DNA from: Acanthaster planci
Taxonomy: Eukaryota
Reading direction: 5' to 3'
Length of the DNA: 64,000 bases
NCBI RefSeq assembly: GCF_001949145.1
Contig: NW_019091359.1
Span: 1,133,976-1,197,975 of the forward strand
Part shown: positions 36,219 to 46,512 of the stretch, piece after piece
Position numbering within the stretch: position 1 is the first letter of the stretch
How the letters are laid out: each line of letters begins with the position of its first letter
Translations under genes and position numbers: made by a program
Notes under the pieces: model-generated
The model's database searches: none
Seen by the model: only the letters and a program-made list of their open reading frames with translations
Told to the model about the DNA's origin: nothing

Positions 36219-38570
36219 TTACACATAGCTCGGTGTATCTTGGGAATTTGTCAAGTCGTCATCATCATTGTAGCTGTGCTTGCCAGAGTAATTCTGGTCA
36301 TAGCCATAGGAGTCGGAAGGCTGACCATCGTAACCAGGCCCATATGGATCGGGGTCGTCGTAAGGTGCTGAATAGTGGTCATTACTGGAGGAGTGGCCAT
36401 CTGGGATGCGCTCGTCTTGGTCGTAGTTCAGGTAGTAGTCCTCGTTTTCAGCCGGGGGCATGTTGTACTCCTCCTGACCATCAGGGTGACCGTAGCTCTT
36501 GTATCGATCGCCGTATTGATCGTCGTAAGGATCCGTCGGATGATCACTGTAGTGGTTATTGTATTCATCTTGGCCGTAAGACCCATCATCACGCCGGTCG
36601 TCATATCGATCCTCTGGATGGTCATCATAGCGGTCACTGTACTGATCTCGTTGGTCGTCATACCCATCATAAGGTCGATCATCGTACCGATCATCATATC
36701 GATCACTGTACTGATCATTGTATTGGTCATTGTAATGGTCATATGGATTGTTCTTTTCCTGCTCCTGTTGGCTGTTCAAGCTTTGCTCATATGCATGGTT
36801 ATCATAGTCATAATCGCTGGGCATCTGATCCTGGAACTTTGCACTCTCATATGGATGATCTTTCACCTGTGGATCTTCATATCTTCCGTCATCATAGCGA
36901 GGCTCACGGTAACCAGAATCGCTGAAATTCCGGTCGTCAAGATGTTTGTAGGAGTAGTCTCTGTCATTGACCGGGTCATAGCCATTGTGGCCACGCCTTT
37001 CCTCATCATGCATATTCATGTAAGGGCTAGACCGGTCCTGGAAAGGCATCTTCATCCCCCTGATGGTTGGGTAGTCATTTTTGACTGCACTTTGCTCGTA
37101 ATGCACAGCATCCGTTGGCGGCATCGTTTCTCTCCACCACTTGCGTGGGTCGACATCATCTGGGGCACCTCCACCGCGCTTCTCTCGTGGAATAACGTCA
37201 GGATCACTGTTCGCCTTGCCGTCTGGGTAGTCCTTCCTATCACTGTACTGGTCGATTTTGTGATTGGACATCTTGCTGGGGGCGCCGTGGAATGCACTGG
37301 CATTGTTCATTGGTATGTGTGAAGTAGCTCCTGCTTGCTTCTTCTTGGCGGACCACTTGGGAGGATGGCGCCTGCACCACCACACGACGAAGGCACCAAG
37401 CAGAACAAGGACAAGAAGTCCAACCACCAACCCAGCCACCAGCGCCCCAGTTGGAAATGATGCAGGCGTTGGCACGGGGGGTAGTGCTGTAGTGCCCCCA
37501 GTATTGGGTTGGGTGGGTTCGGGCAGACCCTCGATGAGCAGCATCTTTGATACCGTTGCAGTGATCCCATCGCGATCTATCGCACTGCAAACCAAACTGG
37601 CTCCATGATCGTCAATTTCTACTTTGGCTATGGTCAGAATTGACCTGTTGGTGCTCACCGAAACTGTGTATCGATCTGCCCCAAAACTGCTGGGGAGTGT
37701 CCACTCGATTGCACCGGCCAAAAAAGTAGACGTGAGACTACTGACTGAGCATATGAAGATTGCTTGCTCATTAATGAGTATTGGTTCTGAAGCCTCTATG
37801 GTGACAACTGGTTCAGACACCACGTTTAGGGCTGGGAGTGAGCAGTCATTGGATATGTCATCGTTGGGATCAGACGGGATACCCAAGTAAGCCAACTGGC
37901 AGGAAAAAACGGCACCATCATCTGCATTTTGCGCAGTGAGTTTAACTGTTGCTTCGCTGGTCACACTTCCGTGACTGACATTTGCACTGACACTTTGACC
38001 GTTCCTCATCCATGTTAGGTTAACTGCTGGCATGGCAGACCCTGAAGAACAGGCTAGTGTCACCGATTCTCCAAGGAGCACTTGTGTGTTGCCCGAATTT
38101 GACTGTATGGAGCACTGTGCAGTTGAGGGGTTAGGTGGGTGGGCTATGGTGAGAGTGGCAATGTTAGATTCCCTGATGATATTATTTGTGTCACATTTTG
38201 AGTCGGCCGTTTTGCCACAAATGAGACACCTGTACTGTCCCTCTTGGTTCCTTGCCAGGTTATACACATAGAGGGTATACCTTGCTGTGGTAGTTATGTC
38301 CGAGTGGATGAAGAAATCTGCAGGATTTAATCCCAAACCATTTAACACGTCGCTTCTTACACTAATATCATCACTGAAAATATCAGTGCCCCTTTGAAAT
38401 GACAGGACTTGAGTGCCAGAGTCGAACTGCTCTACTGCACAAGTTATCGTTGCTGGTCCCGCTCCCTCTTTAGCAACCACATCTACCGGCTGTTCGGAAA
38501 ATACCTGCCCATTCACGACAACTGCATCAAAAAGCGACACCACAGCGAGGAGCAAGCAAACCCAAGCCAT
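36219..38570 (-). CDS. Ig-superfamily type I membrane protein (3 Ig domains, nectin/CADM/Kirrel-like layout) with long Tyr/Asp-rich tail, 783 aa, uninterrupted ORF
   Basis: The ATG at 38570 opens signal peptide MAWVCLLLAVVSLFDAVVVNG. Domains: Ig1 (ATITC...EGQYRC), Ig2 (VTLAC..P.VNLTW...DDGAVFSC), Ig3 (AIFIC...IEW...DDHGASLVC), then a P/T stalk, TM ALVAGLVVGLLVLVLLGAFVVWW, a roughly 380-aa tail with about 45 Tyr, and C-terminus PSYV. Confidence 0.93.
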   Translation of the reverse strand: MAWVCLLLAVVSLFDAVVVNGQVFSEQPVDVVAKEGAGPATITCAVEQFDSGTQVLSFQRGTDIFSDDISVRSDVLNGLGLNPADFFIHSDITTTARYTLYVYNLARNQEGQYRCLICGKTADSKCDTNNIIRESNIATLTIAHPPNPSTAQCSIQSNSGNTQVLLGESVTLACSSGSAMPAVNLTWMRNGQSVSANVSHGSVTSEATVKLTAQNADDGAVFSCQLAYLGIPSDPNDDISNDCSLPALNVVSEPVVTIEASEPILINEQAIFICSVSSLTSTFLAGAIEWTLPSSFGADRYTVSVSTNRSILTIAKVEIDDHGASLVCSAIDRDGITATVSKMLLIEGLPEPTQPNTGGTTALPPVPTPASFPTGALVAGLVVGLLVLVLLGAFVVWWCRRHPPKWSAKKKQAGATSHIPMNNASAFHGAPSKMSNHKIDQYSDRKDYPDGKANSDPDVIPREKRGGGAPDDVDPRKWWRETMPPTDAVHYEQSAVKNDYPTIRGMKMPFQDRSSPYMNMHDEERRGHNGYDPVNDRDYSYKHLDDRNFSDSGYREPRYDDGRYEDPQVKDHPYESAKFQDQMPSDYDYDNHAYEQSLNSQQEQEKNNPYDHYNDQYNDQYSDRYDDRYDDRPYDGYDDQRDQYSDRYDDHPEDRYDDRRDDGSYGQDEYNNHYSDHPTDPYDDQYGDRYKSYGHPDGQEEYNMPPAENEDYYLNYDQDERIPDGHSSSNDHYSAPYDDPDPYGPGYDGQPSDSYGYDQNYSGKHSYNDDDDLTNSQDTPSYV

Positions 38571-41455
38571 GATGAAGTCACGGTATGACAGGCAGTACAC
38601 GGTAGTGAAGCAAGTTAGTTTCCAGTGCTTCGAGTTTCACGGGTAAAATTGCGAGTTATTAAAGTTCAACGGTTCGACGCACCAATTTACTCACCAACGC
38701 CCTCCACTCGTACTCACGATGCACGCAGACGGCGTTTGGCAATCAAAATGCGAGAAACACGGCCAGCCTGTGTTTCCTGAGCACACTGAGGACTAAAGTC
38801 TGTTGGTTGTGAGGAATGTCAGGTTGTTCCAAAAAACATTTTTCCAGCATCACTCATCCACCAACAGAATGTGAGCGGGTTTTTAAACTGCGAATTCCGT
38901 GCAGAGAGGTAACACTACCAGCAGCAGCGCATTACACGCTATCGATATATGAAAGCCATCAGCGCTGGCGACGCTTGTTATCTTTATGCAAATCTTGCTG
39001 ACCGCGCCACACTGACGCATGATTGGTTATTCCCTACGTCATTCTGCAAATCAGTTACTTGCAACGGATCACGGACTTCATTGTTAATGTTTCTGAGCCT
39101 TATATGGGCATAAAACAAATACCGCGATTGACATAATGGTGGTTTTTAGAAGAATGACTCGATCGATTTATCCTTAAAAAATTTTTGGTCTATGCTTATT
39201 TTAGGCATCTGAAAGGATCCAGGAATTGATAATATTTCATGAAAATAGTTCTTTGATTAGAAAAAGCGAACGGGGGCGCTATATATAAATTACTGTCGGG
39301 TTACGAGCAGGCTGGTATCTTGTCAGCGGTGCACGGTGGCGGTGCGGCAAAGGGAAAGTTGAGGCAACCTCGTTTTCAGTTGTCGTTTTGAAATATAAAG
39401 GACATTTTTTGCCTTCTGATTGCTTAAAAGAAATGTATAAATTCATAGGCATCGATATGCATCATGTTTGCAATTATAATTGAAGGCAAAACTCTCAAAA
39501 TTAAAGGTATTTAATTTTTCAGATATTTTCAATTAAGTTTTGCGTACTGTACATCCCTAAAATGTACCGTGTGATTGTGATAACTCTGCAATAAACCTTT
39601 TGTGAGTTAAATTTGAATATAATCTGATACACTGAGTTCTATTTACGTGAAGATAACAATTTGAATTTTCCATACTAAAAACACTTTCGCTATACTTTGT
39701 GATTCGGGGCAAGCTTTTGCTTAGTTACATAAGAGACGCCTTGCAACAATACACTGTTCTCAATGGATAAGAACGGCACAAAGGAACCAGTCCATTCCAG
39801 AGATGGTGGTCGCTATGCGAAAGCTTGCCCCGCATCGCGAGGTATAGCAACAGTGTCCTTTGTCTCGGGAATTCAAATTGTTACGTTTATGTGCAATCAG
39901 ATAACTCAGTTCACCAGATTTTATTCACATGGCTAATTTCATCGCAGCAACAGCGCCCTCATATTTTGTCAGGCGAAGCATTGACTATAAAAGGCATAAA
40001 GGATATGTATATATTAAAAAAATAAGAATATTAACCAAGATTTCAAAATATTTGCATCATAAAAGATCAGAAACATAAAAAAGTGAAAGTCATGTCGTAG
40101 GCCCTTTAAACATGTCTTCCCCCCGAAGTGTAAATTAAAAGAAACAAATCCGATGGGGTTTCTTCAAATTTCATTGGCTCAATTTCAGACATTACCACGC
40201 AAACATGAAACAACATATCCATAGTAATGCATGCATAGCACTGGCGTAATGTTCGTCCAGCTGCATGCAACCCTTTCTTAGTCTGAGACCACTTTGTGAC
40301 GCAACTCTAGAAATGAAATCTAATTCTTGCATTTCCAACCGCAAACAGATTGATATCAGAATACCGGTGTGTAATAGCATGACTGGATGCAACTATTTTT
40401 GGCAATTTTTCTGTTGTCATACATGAAATGACATTTACTCCATGAAAAAGAATGGTGTTCAAATCAAACGAGTGCATCCCGTTAAGGCCTTGTTTGGACT
40501 GCACTTCCCGGGGATAAATCAATAATTCAGAAAAATGACGAAAGAATTACTTGTGCAAAATTGGATTTTATTGACCTTAAACAACAATAAACATTCTAAA
40601 AACAAAATGATTGTTTCACAACAACTTTCCACCTAATTTAACCTCTCAGAAAGATTTATCTTATAAGTCAGAGCCTAGTTAACCAAAGTTAAAAACCTGG
40701 GTTTTTTCTTCATGATTTAAAGGTTTAAATGGTGGACACAACAATATGAGGTGAAAATCGGAGCACCATGCATGCGATAATCTTTTGTGGGATGGGGTAA
40801 AAGGGGGCCATGTAGGCCCTATGCTGATGCGGTCCGTCGCCAGGGAGACGTCATCCGAAAAATAACACAGTATTGGTGTTCAATGTTTGTTTTATTTCAC
40901 TTCGAAGTAGATGAAGATAGAGTGGCGTTAAAGTAATCTGTGTCGCTGGGATGGGAGAAGACTAAAAAAAAAAAAAAAAAAACCTGCGCGGCTGCAAATT
41001 CTGAAAGTGTGTAGGGGGGGAATGCTGGAAATCACCTCACACTAATGGCCGTGTGCGTAATACAAATGTACATGTTATCTACGCTATGCAACCCTTATAA
41101 CCTGACATCTAACCGCCGTATTTATTTAAAGCTTTTGTATTTCTCCATTTGCAGTGCTACTGAATACATTTTTCTGCTGGAAAGTTGCAAGATACCTCAA
41201 AATCCGCCTTTTTTCCTCACCACAAATATGGGGAGAGGATCCCCGGTCAAAGAAGGGTTCCTCCTTTTCCTTTGGGGTTTCTCCTCTGTCAAGCTATGGC
41301 CATCAGAAGGAAAACAACTTGTGAAGAAGTCATGGGTGTGGAAAAAAGTACAACGTCGTTTTTTATCTGATATTTATAGTAAAGATATTGTTATGCATTA
41401 ATTTTACCTATGATCTTCACACTTCTCCTTCTCTATATCTCTATTATAACGACAT

Positions 41456-44400
41456 TCAAAACTGGTCCGTTGGTTGGTCAACCATTGACCTCACAGTTGT
41501 TCGCTCAGGGTACGAGGGCCGAGATATCTGTAAATTAGTCAAAGACAAGGAAAATGGTATTTGAAAAACTAATGTATAATACCATTCACTTACTATATTT
41601 GCTATTTGTCCATCGCCCACTTTACTGATTTGTGTAACGAAATTCATCTTCTGCTGTGGCGAGTAGTTCATTTTCAAATTACTGAGCTTTAGCGCCCTCT
41701 GGCAACATCTCAGCAGACGGTCAAACGTGCTGACAAGATTTTTACACTGCAAATTATTATTGTGGTGTTTTAACGCTGTGTGGCGTTGAACTAACACTGC
41801 ACATTACTGATTTAACTTCGTGTGGTATCCACAAGTGACATAAGAGGGGGTGGGCATGGTGACACGGCCCACTGTTCGAGTATACTCTTTTTCCTGTGTG
41901 CCCCGTATCCTGTTCAAAAATTAGGATAGGAACATATCTGATGGTAGTCTGTTTTGGTCCATGTTTTAAATGTGACCAAACCTATAAGCCTTTTAGAAGC
42001 ATGGCGGACACAATAGCAGGGCCCTCTCCAAAATAAATGTGGTTCCCAAGGCCCCCCCCCCGCAAAATGTATCCTAGTTATGCCACCGGTATCAACAACA
42101 GACCACTGGGCACACATTACATGAAAAAGTAATGCAAATTTTGTTGCGATGGTGATGTCTCTGAATTAACAAGATTTCTGACAAACAAGTTTGTCAAAAC
42201 ACTGTATGCTCAGTGCTTGTCCGAGAGCTTGCGGGAAAAAGTCAAAAACTTACTCGGGTGGGACTCGAACCCACGACCTCCTGCTTACTAGTGCACACGT
42301 CTTAACCACTCGACCACCGAGCTTGCCGGGGTCGGTTGGCCGGTCCGAGTCAGGAGAAGCAGCGGGTACCGCGAACCGGCAAGCTCGGTGGTCGAGTGGT
42401 TAAGACGTCTGCAGTAGTAAAGCACTAGTAAGCAGAAAGTCGTGGGTTCGAGTCCCACCTGAGTAAGCTTGTGACTTTTGTCGTAAGCTCTCGGACAAGC
42501 ACTGAGCATACAGTGTTTATTAATATATACGTTGGGTAAGGGCAAAACCCGTTATATAAATTGTTGTGTTGTTGTTTGTAAAAAAAAAAGCGGTGGCTCA
42601 GTGTGCATATCACCTTGTGGTATATGACTGACGTGGTTGCACCCTCCATCATAAGCGCGGAACAGTCCGGGTTGTCTGCACACGGCTCGCCCAAAGAAGC
42701 AATAGTTCCAGTAGGTCATCCCGTCTGTGCCACACACGGGTGAGTTAATGTCCGGGCAGCGCTCTTGGCATGCATCTAAGGATTGCCAAATGCATAAAAA
42801 ACATGGTGTTAAGAGACAAGTCATGTTAGGGTTACGTCAATTCGAAAAACAACAAAAACAAATCACAAAAACAAACCACAAAGAAAAGCAAAACAAAACA
42901 AAAAACAACTTCTTCATTGGGTAAAATTCAACTTATGAATAATCAATATTGCATTTCCTAAAAATCATGAACATTGTTATTGTTTTTTGTAACTGACACA
43001 CCATTGGTTAAGGTTTTACTTGTCAATTTTCCGGCCATACAGTCCCCGGCGTATGCCTCGACCAAACTGAAATCTCTCCGCTTACACGCCGTCCGTCTGA
43101 GGTAGCACAGCGAAGGGTAGGTCACACCATCTGTCCCGCACACGGGAGGCCCGCCGAATGGGTTGCACGGTCTTGATACCAAACAAACTGGAGAACAAGT
43201 AGGAAGACACAGCGAGTAATTTAACTATCAAATGGATAAGTTATCGATTATAGAGCATATTGATGATTTATAAGTTGATTAAAGTGATATGTCACTTGTG
43301 AATGAAACCAGAGGGGAACATTTTTAGTAGGCCCCTATTTTAATTTTGATCATGAAATGATTGACCTCAGGTTAGGCGTCTTTTCCTTGGTACATTAAAG
43401 GTCATTTCTTTTGTTTGTTTTCGAAATAATCGAAATTAATGTGGTTATTGCTGTATGGAAGGATATAATAATGTGTGGAAAACTAAGCATACTTTAATAG
43501 CTAATATTTTCCTTTTGCCTATTCGGTTGGGATGCTCACCCCTGACTGGTATCTCACAAAGACCAGCGAACGAAACTCTCAGTCCAGGATTTCTTTGCTG
43601 ACACGCTTCTCTCCTCAGTTGGCAGATGTTGAGATAGCTCTTCTTGTCCGTTCCACACACTGGGTCGAAGAAATCATCGCACGAGAAGCACTCTGAGAAA
43701 TGGGGACGAATACGCTTTGGATCAACCAGAACAGTCGTGTATCTTGGTTTCCTGTTCGATTTCGTTTAATTTGTCACTAATTCAAACGAACTGACAATAG
43801 ATTAAAGTCACTTTTTAGTTTTGTTTCTCTCCAAGTGATTACCAGCGAAAATGGTACCATTTTAAGAAAGAGCGCAGACCCCTTAAAATGGATGCTTAGT
43901 GTATCTGATGACTTTGTTGGGAAAGCCAACTTTTGGTCACAATGCTACCACGATGACTACGTTTTTGTACCTTCTACTTCTGGTGTTCCGGTGCAATTTC
44001 CACTTCGGACTGGTGTAAGGTTTTGATCCCCAGTTTTACAGGCAAGATCCCTCAGCTGGCAGAGATTTGCATACGTTTTCCCGTCTGAGCCGCAGATTGG
44101 ACGGTACGGTATCGAGAGACACTGGCCATCAGCGGGGCAGGACCAATCAAATCCGCTTAAATGTGTCAGGGTCGGAGAAGGATGCGTTGTTGAAGTTGTT
44201 GATTGGTCAGAAATTGATTCTGTTTCTGACGGTTTGGGTTGCGTCGTGGGTTGTCTCGTTGTTTCCATGCTGTTCACTGTCGTGGAAGGTGATGCGTCAG
44301 CTGTTGGACTTTCATGCGCAGCTGTTGGTTGGGTCGAAGTTTCTTGAGTGGATGACACAACTGGAGAGGGCGTTGTTGTAAAACCCGTCGTTACCAGGCG

Positions 44401-46512
44401 ACTTGGTGAGGGCCTTGCTGTTTCACTTGTTGTAAAGAGCGCTGGTTTTGCCGTTGCTCTCCCTGTATAAATTACAGTGTTGCATTCGAGTCTATCACAA
44501 ATCCTTTCACAAGTCCCTTCACAAGAGCAGTCCTAAGTAACAGGGTGAACAATGACAACAGAATGCTTTTTTATCGCTCACTTGAATAGCTTGTGAATTG
44601 GCTTAAGACAGAATGACCTGTGGACTTGTGCTGGACTTACAGGGACTTGCAGGGACTTGTGCTGGACTTACAGGGACTTGCAGGGACTTGTGCTGGACTT
44701 ACAGGGACTTGCAGGGACTTGTGATGGACTTACAGGGACTTACAGGGACTTGTGCTGGACTTACAGGGACTTGCAGGGACTTGTGCTGGACTTACAGGGA
44801 CTTGCAGGGACTTGTGCTGGACTTACAGGGACTTACAGGGACTTGTGATGGACTTACAGGGACTTGCAGGGACTTGTGCTGGACTTGCAGGGACTTGTGA
44901 TGGACTTACAGGGACTTGCAGGGACTTGTGCTGGACTTACAGGGACTTGTGATGGACTCGAATATAATACTGATAAATTATTATTGAAAGAAATTTGCAA
45001 AACTAATATTGATAAAAAGTTATAAGCGATATTGTAGACATGATATTAAGTGCGACAAAGTAGGCCTTTATGTGGGCTTACCATCTGTTTCCCAGCCAAT
45101 CAACTCATTGCTGGAATCTTTGTCCGTCTCCTGACTGCCTATTGTCTCTTCATCCGGGCAGGGACCAAAGTGAGCTACGGCAAGCAGCCTACCCCGCAAT
45201 GCTCGCCGGCGCCCGATAATCAGGCCCACAAGGCCTGGAGCTCCGCACGCGGCTAGGCGAAGGTGACACACCGACCGGTAGGTTCTACCGTCAGTTCCGC
45301 ATACCGCGTGGTCGTGCGACCAGCATCTTGTCGGACATATCAGATGTTCATCTTCGGAAGCTCCTAAAAATGAACCATCGTTAAAGAAAGAGAAGTTGAT
45401 TATCCTTTTTATTTAACGCTTTAGTTTCTTTATACTGTCTAGCTCAATGCAACTTTGTTTTCTGCGATAGCAACAGCGATTAGTTTAGCTGGTGTGGTTG
45501 AGAGATTCGGGAATTTCAGAAAAGAGAAAAGCTAAAGAACAAATTCACTGTAGCTGATTGGTTAATTTTCCCCGCCGGTGCGGAAGGATTCTTGTTAACT
45601 GCAAATGATGAACGGCTCCCGTGAACCAGTTTAGGGGTTTCACGTAACCCTTGCCAAGCATAGCGGCCGCTTCAGTTCGAGCACAGACCTGCGTCACTTC
45701 AAATTGTTTTGTGAATAGTACCTGGTTTCCCGCCAGTGATGTCTGCGATCGTCTGCTCCTCCTGATCCTCCGTGCATTTGCCATCGTGCGCTCGGCGTAA
45801 CACCGCGCCCGCCGGACCCGGTGGTGAGCAGCTGGCGAGTACCAGCGAGCATTCATCCGCGTAGGTTTGACCGTCTGAGCCGCACACGGGACGCACTGCA
45901 GTTAGTGCGTCAGGGCATACCCCGGTCCGACAAACTGCTTAAGACAAGATTGACAATAAAAGCAGTAGACTAATCACAGAGGAAACATCATTGTAGGGGT
46001 ATACAAAAAGTATACGTCATTGACTTTCCAGCAACCAAAAAGGATATGAGGTTGAGGGGTATCAGTAAAAATGATTTACAGTCAAACAAATTAGAAAGTT
46101 AGATAATAAACCAAGAGATTTTCTGTAGAATAAGCACAGTCAACAAATAACTGTCACGAAAACTCGGTAGTAGACATGAGCTATTGTTTAGCTGCTATTT
46201 GTAATGATACCCAAAAGTCGTCAGAAACAATCAATATATACTTAACGGCTTTAATATTATTTTGACACAAAACAAAACAAAAACATTGCAGCAACAAAGG
46301 GAAACAGAACAGACGGACAGCATTAAAACTATAAGGGACAAGTTAGCTTTGAATAATTTGAAGGTGACACACTTTAGATGCTTTATACCTTGTTCCCTTA
46401 AACGATTTTCTCTGTATGCCTGGGTGGCCAGGTACACCGATACTGTGAAAACTGTACATAGAAGAAGAGCCAATGGTAGGATCCTCAGCGCTACACCGGC
46501 TGAGAACTCGGT
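41456..46512 (-). CDS. Multi-Kazal (six-domain) protease-inhibitor-like protein with N-terminal hydrophobic segment and Ser/Thr-rich spacer; start codon and last exon uncertain
   Basis: Exons (-): 46389-46512 (hydrophobic ILPLALLLCTVFTVSVYLA), 45722-45934, 45082-45363, 43971-44462 (S/T-rich plus Kazal), 43540-43692, 43020-43187 (donor could be slightly further down), 42614 or 42633-42775, and a probable terminal exon from 41527. The Kazal exons follow phase-1 introns and each carries (P/A)(V/I)CG(S/T)D(G/K)x(T/S)YxxxC...C...GxC. A possible initiator exon ATG ACG|GT near 47435-47440 is tentative. Confidence 0.85.
42197..42518. mobile_element. Palindromic element made of two inverted tRNA-derived (Thr-AGT-like) units (SINE/MITE-like), intronic
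   Basis: Inverted arms of about 135 bp, AAACACTGTATGCTCAGTGCTTGTCCGAGAGCTT... / ...AAGCTCTCGGACAAGCACTGAGCATACAGTGTTT. Each arm holds a tRNA-like unit (- strand 42251-42322; + strand 42383-42465) with A-box TGGTCGAGTGG, B-box GGTTCGAGTCC and a CTAGTAA loop. Confidence 0.8.
44621..44958. repeat. Variant-repeat minisatellite (GGACTT core, 10/11-bp units)
   Basis: Interspersed units GGGACTTGCA, GGGACTTACA, GGGACTTGTG(C/A) and TGGACTTACA, in the Kazal-gene intron between exons 45082-45363 and 43971-44462. Confidence 0.95.

Noticed and set aside
36149..37322. Long + strand ORFs (258-aa His/Cys-rich; 315-aa extremely hydrophobic)
   Set aside because: These are antisense shadows of the GAY/TAY (Asp/Tyr) low-complexity tail of the 783-aa gene; their odd composition is explained by the opposite-strand codons.
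42251..42465. Two functional tRNA-Thr genes
   Set aside because: The anticodon arms are irregular (mismatches in one, an 11-nt duplication in the other) and both sit inside matching repeat arms, so they are treated as tRNA-derived repeat.
44613..44952. Repetitive ORFs (LDLQGLAGTCAGLTGTCRDLCWTYRD...) resembling LRR or Cys-rich repeats
   Set aside because: Translations of the intronic minisatellite; the same peptides cycle through all three frames.
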